Below are positions 40,539 to 50,442 of a stretch of DNA of 64,000 nucleotides, piece by piece; position 1 is the stretch's first letter, and each line of letters starts with the position of its first letter. Below the pieces are notes generated by a model. It worked only from the letters and a program-made list of their open reading frames with translations. It had not been told where the DNA came from and did not search any database. Where the stretch lies: assembly GCA_942492165.1 (NCBI GenBank), contig CALOEF010000070.1, forward strand, positions 2,492 through 66,491, written 5' to 3'. This DNA is from an uncultured Planctomycetaceae bacterium (lineage in GTDB: Bacteria > Planctomycetota > Planctomycetia > Planctomycetales > Planctomycetaceae). The position numbers were made by a program, and so were the translations under genes.

Positions 40539-42186
40539 ATGGTAAAAATCCAAGCCATTAAATTGAACGGCAAGCCCAATAAAACAAGTGGTAAAACTTG
40601 GGCAGACAGGCAAAAGGCAGCAGGGATAAAGCTGGAACTTTCCCAGCACAAACCTCGCAATCATTGGAAGAAAATGATCGATGGGAAATACCACTATTTC
40701 AAGCACCCCATTACGAAAGCAGGCTATGAATCAGCATTACGGGAATGGTTAAATCTTAAAGCGGAAATGGATTTCGAAAAGCCTTACATGGCTTTGATTC
40801 AGCATCATATTGACACTTTCAAACCCGTTCAAAAATATTTCGATCATGCTGTAGAACAAACCACCAAAGAAAAGAAAATGGCACAGCAGGTTGATCAGTT
40901 TATCAACTGGCTTGAAGCTGCTTTTGATGATCCAAATCAATATATTCCAGAAGTTGATTCTTCAACATCTTTGACTCAAGATGAAATTGAAGAATTCGAA
41001 ATTGTTCAACCTGATATAAGCCCAGAAGAAAACAATTTCAGATGGGCGGTCATGAGTGCATTGAGAGGCAAGGGTGAACTCGCAGATAACTTAGTACGTC
41101 GTTTTTTTGGCAAAGATCATTTTGGAACTTTGACTTTTCAGCTTCCTGAAGAATGGAAAGAAAAAACAGAATTTGCAGAGTCAACTAAAAAGCTACCACA
41201 GACTGTAGGCTACTGGGCTGAAGATTATTTAAAGGCTAAAGGCAATCAGGCTTTGAATGGTGAAATTGAAATCAGTACTTTCAGAGATGCTAAAGAAAGA
41301 CTTGGCAAGTTTAGTGAGTGGATTGGGGAAAAACACCAATTGAAAAAGTTGGTAGTGAAACACTCAAAAAATATCACAGCTATTTGTCAGAATCTAAATA
41401 TGCGAATAAAAAAGTTTGTACTTTCAATTCTTCAAAACATTCGTTGGATATTGTGCTACTGAAGAAGCTTGTGCTTTAGAGCACTTGCCAAATAACATCA
41501 CAAGTAAACTTTTTGTTTTTCGGTCTAAAAATAAAAAGAAAATAGCACTTGCAAAAAGTAAGCATGAAAAACTCTGGACTAAAGCAGACATTCAAAGAGT
41601 CATAGCAAAAGATTCAGAAGTTCCTGAACGTTATCAATGCTGGATTTTGTTAATGTTAAATTGTGCAATGACACAGTCAGATCTAAATGATTTGAAACGG
41701 GATGAAATCGATTTGAAAGAGGGAAGAATTATCAGAATCAGAAAGAAGGCAGAAAAATATCCTAATCCACCTGTAGTAAATTACAAACTTTGGAACATCA
41801 CCTTAAAATATTTAAAAAAGCAAATGGAAGCCTGTACTGATGAAGAATATGCTTTGCAATCCACTAGATCAGCTAGGTTAATTTCTGAAACGATTGGAAC
41901 AGATGAAAATAATATCATCGTTTCCACTAGGTCAGACAATGTTTGCAGGTGGTGGGATAAAAACAGAAAAAAAATAGGCTTTGACGGTCTACAGTTGAAG
42001 TATGTAAAAAAATCAGGCATAACAGCTCTAACTGAAAATATTAAATACATGCATTTAGATCAGTTGTACTTAGGTCATTCACATAGAACTCTTGCTGATA
42101 GAAATTACAATTCAAAAGGTGGTAGGGCTTACAAACTCTTAGACGAAGCAATTGCTTTCATTGGTAAAGAATTTGGTTTGAAGTAA
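40539..42186 (+). CDS. Tyrosine recombinase/integrase with non-canonical catalytic boxes (frameshifted in A-runs near 41330 and 41410)
   Basis: Arm-like WKKMIDGKYHYF, core-binding region, box I-like LLMLNCAMTQSDL, and box II LGH...RNY; adjacent to the att fragment. Confidence 0.75.
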
Positions 42187-42580
42187 AATCACAATGTAGA
42201 AGCAGGTACTTCTGGAAGCCGTAAATGATTCAGTTCATTTAGGGCTTCTTTCACTTTTTGTTGCCGCTGAAGATGATGAAGCAATCTTCCCAATTCTATA
42301 CCACATCGTTGGATTTCAAGACATGATTAACTCAGGTCCCTGTTGGACAAAAATTCGGGCATTTGTTCAAATTCGCGGTGATAGCTGAGCATGTCGGTGA
42401 TTGTAGGTTTTTGTAACCGGACTGGGTCAATGTAGTCTGGCGAGACGTTGTCCCGCCTTTGTCGAATGTGATCCAGATGGACCGCAAATTCAGATGCGTC
42501 CATCGGCCGGTTCTCCCGCAAATCTTAGCGGGGAGTGATTACTTGATATCAGGTTTTTAATTTCGCCATTATCTTATCAC

Positions 42581-43157
42581 CTATTTGTTCCCTGCCTCGG
42601 CTTGAACTTTTATATTCTCGCCAGATGCTTTTATCTCTAGCTTCGATTGTTTATTAGAGTCATTTTCCTGGCTAGCTATGTTCACTACAATGAACGAAGC
42701 GATCAGAAAGGCGAAAGTTATTGCTGTTTGACCATAAGTCCAGGGATTACTTATATCTTTTACGACTTGCCAGTATTTGACTTCCTCAGGCCACTTTTCA
42801 GACCAACCCTCTGCTCTATGCATGTAATAATGCTTGAATGCTTTGTCTTGATCAAATACGCGTCTAAGTGGAACTTGCCACCAGAAAAACCAGATGAATG
42901 TAACGAAGGAATAAAGTCCTCCGATTGCATAGACAGCCCCTGCTTGTAAGAGGTCAGTATTCTCCCACGCAAAAATATGTTATAAATCCGATCGTGATCC
43001 AAAGTCCGAATGCAACTTTCCATTCGTACGACCGTCGATTTAGAAAGCCATCCTGACTTAATTTTGAGAGTTCAATGTAAGTCGATGCCCGATCAGTGTC
43101 GTAAACTAACATAGTGTTAACGACCTGTCTGCCGGGTTCAGGTTGTACTTCTGACAT
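42581..43157 (-). pseudogene. Hypothetical membrane protein, several frameshifts
   Basis: GGAGG RBS. ORF pieces 42954-43157 and 42581-42823 each have TM segments. Confidence 0.4.
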
Positions 43158-43380
43158 TTCATAACCTCCTAAAGACCAAAACTATTTTTGGCGAGTGAGT
43201 ACGCCGTCAACCCACCTTTTCTCATCTGTCTCTTTGTGATCCAGGGCGGAAAGGGACTGGGCGAGTTTCCAGAAACAGACATCGATGCCGTCAAGGCTTC
43301 CTTGATGGCCGCAGCTTGTCCCGGTTTCTGCACATGTTGCAGGAAGCAGTCCCACCAGTTCTGAACTCTACTCTCCTGCA

Positions 43381-44249
43381 TCAGGCTACCTCGCGTTTTT
43401 GCAGTAATTCAGTATCGTCAGCCACAAATTTACAAAGTGCTGACTTGAAAACCGATTTGGGCATTTCAGATAACACGTCCTCGAAGGTGATCCTATGCAT
43501 CGACAAATGCCCGAGCCTCTCTTCCAAGTCAGGATAAGACCACCCTTTCGTTTCTTTCCGAATTGCAACCAAAGACCGGCTAATGTCTTCGCGGATCGCA
43601 GTCGCGTTGATGCTGCCGTCTTCTGATACAAATTCCCGCCACTTGTATGCATAAAAACGGCTGGAAGACTCATTGCGTGGTGTCTTGAACACCGCAGGAG
43701 TGAGGAGCGTTACATGGATTCGAGCTGGCCACTGTCCATCTCCTTGAAAAGTCAGGGCTGACTCAATGATGCGCGGAGCTGATTGCGTCCCCAATCGTGC
43801 GTTGTCTTTGAAGCGATGTCGCTCAGCCACTTCGCTTCAACAAAACAGACCCAACCACCGTCAGACGTCGCCGCCGTGTTGAACTTCACGCCTGAAATGG
43901 TTGAGCCGCGATTTGTGATATCGCCGACGAGTAGGTCAATCCGGCTGTTGCGTTCACTCCTGCCGGAAACACCCTGTCGGGGCGGGATCGGCATCATCTC
44001 CAGCCACGCATTTTTGACATTTTGAAGTCTTTCGCCTGTCAACACGTGCGCTAAGTCAACTATCGACGTTTTGCGACCAGCCACGAAGCCATAGATAAAT
44101 AGCAGAGTCCAGACCTCTTCATCATTCAGTCCTTTTCGGTCGGTTGCCGACTCATAGTTGCTCAACCGTCCTAACACCCTGTTCGTCAGCTTCTCGCGCG
44201 GTGCGACTCGGTCGAGTTTCTTTCGGTTGATAAGTGTATGCAGTGTCAT
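43381..44249 (-). CDS. PD-(D/E)xK nuclease-like protein (one gene split by a 1-bp indel near 43780)
   Basis: IDLLV...CFVEAKW...RNQL then (A)RIIESAL in the shifted frame. Confidence 0.5.
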
Positions 44250-44692
44250 AGTCCCAACCCCTTCTTGCGAGCCAGGACGACATCGCCACGCCCGGAGGCG
44301 AACAGGATCATCGACTGATGCACGCGATCCAGCACGGTTTCGCCAGCCTGCGGCTTTAGCTCTCCCGCGACGGTCTCTTCCGCCTCGGCTTCAATTTCGT
44401 CAAGTGTATTGAACAGGTCGAGTTGGTTGGCCTTGGGCTTCTTACGACCACGGGCAGTGCTGGGGGCTGATTCATCTTTGCCGAACAGGTGCTGGGTGCG
44501 TTCGCTGGCCGGGAGCAGGCAGGCTTTGTCGTCTGAGACTTCGACGATCGTTTCACTTTTTTCCAGATGGATGCCAAAGCCCTGAGCGATCTTGTGAGCG
44601 GCATCGTCTTCCAGCGTGTAGCCGGTGCTGGCGACCACTTTGTCGGATTCCGTTGCTTCTGCGACCTGGAGATAGTCATTCAGTTTTTCCAT
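44246..44692 (-). pseudogene. C-terminal remnant of a DUF1156-type adenine DNA methylase
   Basis: YTLEDDAAHKIAQG, TVLDRVHQSMILFASGRG and terminal VLARKKGLGL match my recollection of DUF1156 C-termini. No methyltransferase motifs remain. Confidence 0.6.
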
Positions 44693-45277
44693 GGGAGTTG
44701 CTCCTGAGAAATGAGTCCATAGCCAGCACGGTTCAACTGTTTAGCAGCTTACCAAAGTCTTCTGTTGTAGACAATCTATTGAGACTGAATCGTTTAGAAG
44801 CATTGACGAACTTATGGGCTGAGTGGGATAGCTTGTGTCCAATCTGTATCTGCCGACTTGTAGGCCGATCATCCTATCCACTTCTGAAGCAAAATAAGAT
44901 GCATGATCGCGATGGTGTTACTCATAGGGAATGAGATCCAGCAGGCGGGGAGCCCCGAAATGGGCTTGATGGCCCCCCAAAGTGGAGTTGGCCACAGAAA
45001 TCGTTTTAGGACCATCTGTGTGGACGCTTTTTCACCGCTTTCATCTAATTCATGAACCGTATGGTGCGAATGATAAGTCCAGAACTTATTGCCCTTCAAA
45101 GACTAAATAGCACCGGTTTTCGTGTCAAAATTAGTGAAGGCATCAACGTTAGCCATTAGTACTGTTTACCAATGATCACAAAAGTTCTGGAAAGGCCTCT
45201 TTGGAGGCTACTCCAGGGCTTTTGGTGTTTACGGTCGTTTTTATCTACTAGATCCGTTTCTCAAAAGGAGTAATTAC

Positions 45278-45646
45278 ATGTCACATATTGTTCAGATTCA
45301 GACCGAGGTGTGTGACCCGGTTGCTATTTCTTCCGCTTGTGAACGACTCAAGCTGCCACAGCCAGTTCAGGGCACGTTCAAACTATTCAGTAGTGAGGCA
45401 ACCGCTTTGGGAGTGGAATTCCCGGAGTGGCGGTACCCGGTTGTCTGTGATACTGCCAGTGGCCAGCTCCAGTATGACAACTTCGATGGACGTTGGGGGG
45501 AGCGATGTCATCTAGATCGGTTTCTTCAGTCCTATGCAGTTGAAAAAACACTGATTGAAGCACGCCGTAAGGGGCACACTGTGACCGAGCAGGCCCAGAC
45601 TGACGGATCGATCAAGTTAACGGTTCAGGTGGGATGTGCTGTATGA
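45278..45646 (+). CDS. DUF1257 family protein
   Basis: MSHIVQIQTE, WRYPVVCD, YDNFDGRWG and YAVEKT...EARRKG; overlaps (ATGA) a truncated DUF2997-like start MTQIIEITV at 45643. Confidence 0.8.
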   Translation: MSHIVQIQTEVCDPVAISSACERLKLPQPVQGTFKLFSSEATALGVEFPEWRYPVVCDTASGQLQYDNFDGRWGERCHLDRFLQSYAVEKTLIEARRKGHTVTEQAQTDGSIKLTVQVGCAV

Positions 45647-45668
45647 CTCAGATCATCGAAATCACCGT

Positions 45669-45894
45669 TCGATTCGGATACGGCAGAATTCCCCCTTGGA
45701 GAGAGAACTGCTTCGTCAGAGTGAGTTCGTCACGCAGCGAGTTCCGACTTCACAGGAAGGGCTTTCACCTTCCCCCCCTTGGGGCTATTAACCTCTTCCA
45801 CAGGTCTCCAATTACCATCTTGGCATGAGAAGTCTTCGCATCCAACCGGCACGTTTCTTGGTGCAGGGCTCTCTCGTCGGCCTTTCTTATCAAC
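45669..45894 (-). mobile_element. Probable 5' (domain I) fragment of a group II intron, no RT ORF
   Basis: GGCCGACGAGAGAGCC...ACGTGCCGGTTGGA followed by a GGAAGGT-GAAA-GCCCTTCC hairpin with a bulged C (45755-45773), then GACGAAGC. This resembles class IIB domain I as I recall it; the GUGYG 5' end is degenerate. Confidence 0.5.
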
Positions 45895-45906
45895 TCTGTA
45901 GAGTCA

Positions 45907-46194
45907 TCAACCCCTCCGCAGATACTCTATAATTCCGTCATCGGACCATATGATTCCCTTCGAGATCTTTGAGTCGACCAGCTCTTCGATTCGTTCAACC
46001 GGCATGCGAGAAAAACCTGGTACTTTCTCCACCCATTCGAACCACTGTGATCGCCCAATACCGCGTTCCTGAAGGATCAGGGCCATTAACTGTTGGGCTA
46101 GAATATGATAAGGGCAGGGTGGCATCTGGACTGGTTCAGCATGTCTAATATGTCTAGCGATTGTGGCAACCGCAAATGGCTTCCATGTGTTCAT
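45907..46194 (-). pseudogene. Internal fragment of an Lhr-like DEAD/DEAH helicase
   Basis: PYHILAQQLMALILQERG...WSDDGI corresponds to the winged-helix region of Lhr/BrxHI-type helicases (compare LVQQILSII in 57475-59658). Confidence 0.55.
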
Positions 46195-46253
46195 TCTGTT
46201 TTGTGATTAACGGTTGATACAAGAGTCGGTGATTCAAAAATGTTGTAATATTA

Positions 46254-46291
46254 TTATTGCAATAAAATACAGATGGGTGTATACTAAGTAC
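46254..46291 (+). promoter_or_regulatory. Sigma70-type promoter predicting a leaderless mRNA, with a palindrome over the -35
   Basis: TTGCAA (46257-46262), 17-bp spacer, TATACT (46280-46285), 6 nt, then ATG at 46292. No SD. TTATTGCAATAA palindrome at 46254-46265. Confidence 0.65.
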
Positions 46292-46664
46292 ATGAATACA
46301 GAACCCGGTGATAAGGTTCGGATCAAGGGAGATGCTCATAAAGGCCAGCGTGGCGTAGTGGAAAAGGTACGACGCCGAAGTCTTTTCGTGCGACTTGCTG
46401 AGACAGAAGAGCTTATAGAGATTTTACCATCAGAAGTGACGAACTTCAGTTTAGCAGCCCGAAAGGCTTGGGAGCGGATGCCCAATCGCCGTGTTGGCAG
46501 ACCGAAGGGTAAGCGCTACTACTGACCGTGTATCAGTAACTCTCCGGATTGATCGCGAATTATGGGAGCGATTCTAAGATGCCGAAACAGCCAGTTTGAT
46601 TGACGACCGTACTGAAGTAATTAATGCATGGATCACGGAGAAGCTGAAAGAACTGGAAAAGTGA
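46292..46664 (+). pseudogene. KOW plus ribbon-helix-helix-like protein (1-bp frameshift near 46511 and TAA at 46575)
   Basis: KOW motif PGDKVRIKGDAHKGQRGVV. The shifted frame reads TDRVSVTLRIDRELWERF*DAE...[15 protein letters not shown], an RHH-like pattern. Confidence 0.6.
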
Positions 46665-46701
46665 AGGAGCAACCCAGTTATCGGTTGTAAGGATAATCAA
46701 A

Positions 46702-47442
46702 ATGGCACAGAACTCATCTATTGAGTGGACAGAGGCGACATGGAACCCAACAACTGGGTGCACAAAGGTAAGTCCTGGTTGCACGAACTGCTATGCAGAA
46801 AAAATGGCGATACGTCTTAAGGCGATGGGCCAAGAGCGATATGGCAATGCATTTGAGTTGACTTTGCAAAACGATGTGGTCGAACTGCCTCTGACTTGGA
46901 AGAAGCCTAGACTTATCTTTGTGAACTCAATGAGCGATCTATTTCATAAGAATGTTCCATCAGATTTCATTAGAAGATGCTTTGATGTAATGAATGAAGC
47001 AGAACAGCATGTGTTTCAAGTTCTGACAAAACGACCTGGACGAGTAGTTCGAATGGCAGAGCAATTGCCTTGGGCTGAAAACATCTGGATGGGGACAAGC
47101 GTAGAAAATGGTAAATACACGCATCGGGTTGACGTGCTCAGAGAAGTTCCAGCAAAAGTTCGATTCCTTTCGATTGAACCATTACTGGGACCGATAGACG
47201 ATCTGCCGCTCGATGGCATTCATTGGGTTATAGCTGGCGGAGAGTCTGGTCCTGGAGCAAGGCCTATGCGCCCCGAATGGGTTCGAGAAATTCGAGATCA
47301 GTGTGTAGATTCTCAGGTACCTTTCTTTTTCAAGCAATGGGGGGCTTTTGATCAACAGGGGGTTAGGCGATCAAAAAAAGTCAATGGACGAGAATTGGAC
47401 GGTGAGCTTTGGAGCCAGATGCCATGCGTAAAAAACAATTAA
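46702..47442 (+). CDS. Phage Gp37/Gp68 family (DUF5131) three-Cys, radical-SAM-like protein
   Basis: [25 protein letters not shown] (CX6CX2C), [25 protein letters not shown] and FFFKQWG. Confidence 0.92.
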   Translation: MAQNSSIEWTEATWNPTTGCTKVSPGCTNCYAEKMAIRLKAMGQERYGNAFELTLQNDVVELPLTWKKPRLIFVNSMSDLFHKNVPSDFIRRCFDVMNEAEQHVFQVLTKRPGRVVRMAEQLPWAENIWMGTSVENGKYTHRVDVLREVPAKVRFLSIEPLLGPIDDLPLDGIHWVIAGGESGPGARPMRPEWVREIRDQCVDSQVPFFFKQWGAFDQQGVRRSKKVNGRELDGELWSQMPCVKNN

Positions 47443-48747
47443 TACTTCCCGAGGTAGAATTACCGAAGAGGAAGAAGTCAAAATCTAAGAAACCCAGCCA
47501 TTATGTGTGGGAGCTGGGAAGCACACCTCCTGAAATAGGGCATCATAGTGTTGCCAAGCACCAAGTACTCAAGGAGTATCTGGAAAAGTACGTTTCAATT
47601 CTTGCCTCTCGCCCAGTTCAGGAGCAGTTACGGTTGACGCTCGTAGACGGGTTTGCCGGTGGTGGTGCCTACCTGCATCCAGATTCAGGGGAACGAATTC
47701 CTGGTTCGCCACTGATTATGACTCAAGCTATGGCGACGGCTGCAGTGGCAGCACAGGAAGCTCGCCGTAAAGAGTTTTTCCTGAATGTCGAGTACATTTT
47801 TATCGAAAAAGAACAACCGACAATCGACTTTCTGCAACAGGAACTTAGAGATTCAAAGGCCGCATATGAGCAGATGGAACGCATTCACCTTCTGCCTGGC
47901 TGCTTCTCGCACCACCTTGAAGACATACTCACACGAGTCGAACAACGAAGTCGTTCGAGACGGGTGATCTTCGTATTAGACCAGTACGGGTTTAGTGATG
48001 TCAGAATGGCCGATCTCCGCAGGATTTTCAATCGGCTTCCCAACGCTGAAGTGATTCTTACGATCGCGATCGACTGGCTCATTGACCATTGGACTGAAAA
48101 GGCAAACTATGACAAAATTTTAGCAAATTTGGGGATCAATCCTCTCGTCTAGATTTGCTCGTGAAATCAAAGAAGCACATCCCAGTGACTGGCGTCCGGT
48201 CATTCAGCACTCCCTTCATCAAGAATTCAGAAGTAATAGCGGTGCTGGCTATTACACTCCCCTTTTTATTCATTCCGTAGATTCCCATAGGGCATATTGG
48301 TTGCTGCATTACTCAGGACACTCCAAAGCACGCTATGTTATGATGCAGCTCCATTGGGAGATGGAAAACCACTATCAGCACATAGGACGAGCCGGCTTTG
48401 GTATGCTTGGATATGATCCTCGAAATAACGAAATTAGCAATCATCAGAAAACCTTTCCATTCGCGTTTGATAAATCTGCCAACATATGTACCCGACAGGC
48501 ATTGCTTGAGGAATTACCAAGACATATTGCTCCTGATGGAATTCGCTTTCGGGATTTCTTTGATTCTGTTGCCAATGAATCACCTGCAACCAAGCAGATG
48601 CTCGGTGAACAAATCAGCGAGTTAACACTGGCGAAAGAACTCGAACTTCGTAATGCGGACGGCAAAGTCCGCAGGAATGGCGTCCACATCCATAATGATG
48701 ATATTATCATTCGTCCCAGGCAACGTTTGCTGTTGCCGCCTCGTTAG
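47409..48747 (+). CDS. tcmP: Three-Cys-motif partner protein (TcmP), methyltransferase-like fold; frameshifted near 48140
   Basis: [28 protein letters not shown] and FVLDQYG. The C-terminal part (YYTPLFI...[16 protein letters not shown]) continues in the frame of ORF 48301-48747. Confidence 0.8.
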
Positions 48748-48801
48748 CGACCTGTATGGAGTTTACAGGACTCATTTAGAACCTAAATATTATCAGTAAT
48801 G

Positions 48802-49200
48802 GTGTCACAATAAATGAAGGCATTGCCTTTAACCATCAGTGATCAGCACAGCACAGGGAGTTTTGTGTTTACTGTCATCTGTGTCTATTCGATCTATTTT
48901 CTCAAAGGAGAATGTTCATGTCACACATTGTTCAAATTCAGATCGAGGTGCGTGACCCGGTTGCTATTCTTTCATCCTGAAACCGCCTCAATCTCCCAAT
49001 GTCGGTTCAGGCACGTTTACGCTCTTTGGTACTGAGGCCACCGATTTAGGAGCGGAATTCCCGAAGTAGCGGTGTCAAGTGGTCTGTAATTCTGCCAGTG
49101 GCCAGCTTCAAGTATGACAATTTTGAGGAGCGCTGGGGAGATCAGAGTCACCTGGGCCAGTATCTCCAGTCGTACGCTGTTGAAAAGACACAATTTGAAA
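48802..49200 (+). repeat. Degenerate second copy of the DUF1257 5' region plus its upstream sequence (copy 1 at about 45122-45560)
   Basis: Colinear matches: gtgtca..tgaaggca, caggg..gtgtttac, aaggag..atgtcaca.attgttca.attcag, cagtatgacaa/aagtatgacaa and gttgaaaa. Copy 2 has an early stop at 48978. Confidence 0.85.
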
Positions 49201-49261
49201 TATTCCGTAGCACGCTATCTCTATTTTTTAAAGATATAAGGAAAATCAAGGAGCATTTCTA

Positions 49262-50434
49262 TCAATCAGTTTTTGAAGCGACTTGTATAAGAGTCTGTTC
49301 GACGAATGTCTGTAGAATCTTCTCTTGTTCAAGTCGCACGTTATTTTTTAAACAGTACTCAAATGTAAATGCTTCACTCGCTGTTAAATTGGTAGGCATA
49401 GTGGGCATTGTTTCATTCCCGCTAACAATTCCAGTTTCATGATCAGATAACGTTTTCTGATCCATCATAATGCTCTGCGTCTGTGGGAAGAGATTCCGTA
49501 ATCGGGACAATATCAGAAAACCATCCACGTCTATGTCGCCCCAGTACAGAATGCGATTCTCGTTCAACCAGGACAGGCTTTCCAGGCGACTGACGGCATT
49601 CCCTTCACCACGAATGGCAATGCCGCGTTCAAACTGTGGTAAGGTAACGAGATTCAAATTATTTTCCACAATGAAGACAGTTACATTTTTTACCGGAACC
49701 ATTGCCAATGATCGCAGGGGAAGTGATAGTTCTTCGAACGGCAAATTAAATTCACACTTAAGACCTACATCAAGCATCTTGAACGCATGATGAGTTTGAC
49801 CATCTCGTAACCCGAATCGGCGTTTAAATCCAGATTCATTGACATTGACTGCAGATGCAGGTAACAGAATATCCAGCCACTGTTTTAGTAGGGACTGATG
49901 CTTCTCAACGAACTTTGTATCAACGTGGACTGGGATTTGTCGAATGTAGCAATCCGGTAAGGGGTTTTCGATAAAGTATTGTGCTACTTGGATCAGGCCC
50001 TCTATCGAATCTGATATCTTGTAAAATGATAAAACGTGTGACACCAGCCAGTCACTCAAATGGGGCAGCGAATCTCTAATCCGGTTTACAACATGACGTG
50101 TGGCTTCAAATTCCTCTGTTTTTTGCGAGAGACGAAGAAAGTCATCGAGTGTATCGATGGTGATGGATTTTGGAATTAGATTTGTGCCAAAGTCACGTTT
50201 TCGAATTTGCTCGCGATGAACTGTATATCCCCAACCACGATGTGCTTTTGACTTGGAAATCAATAAGTCATTCGCGGCAATCGTTTGACCTGGATTTTGG
50301 GTATCTATGCTGAGTTTCATACGCACGCGATGCGGAAAGAATTCTGCGTCTTCACCAACAATCCATGATTTAAGAAAACGCGGATACGCGCTTACTGCCT
50401 TTTCGACAATCTGCTCCGGTGAAATCAGTGGCAT
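49262..50434 (-). CDS. jetD: Wadjet nuclease JetD (DUF3322 + DUF2220 TOPRIM)
   Basis: VENNLN glutamate and YWGDIDVDG DxD TOPRIM motif; last gene of a four-gene operon. Confidence 0.9.
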   Translation of the reverse strand: MPLISPEQIVEKAVSAYPRFLKSWIVGEDAEFFPHRVRMKLSIDTQNPGQTIAANDLLISKSKAHRGWGYTVHREQIRKRDFGTNLIPKSITIDTLDDFLRLSQKTEEFEATRHVVNRIRDSLPHLSDWLVSHVLSFYKISDSIEGLIQVAQYFIENPLPDCYIRQIPVHVDTKFVEKHQSLLKQWLDILLPASAVNVNESGFKRRFGLRDGQTHHAFKMLDVGLKCEFNLPFEELSLPLRSLAMVPVKNVTVFIVENNLNLVTLPQFERGIAIRGEGNAVSRLESLSWLNENRILYWGDIDVDGFLILSRLRNLFPQTQSIMMDQKTLSDHETGIVSGNETMPTMPTNLTASEAFTFEYCLKNNVRLEQEKILQTFVEQTLIQVASKTD

Positions 50435-50442
50435 TAAGGCTC

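Noticed and set aside
42200-42521. Phage-like ORF remnant convergent on the integrase
   Set aside because: Internal stop, no start, and no recognisable family.
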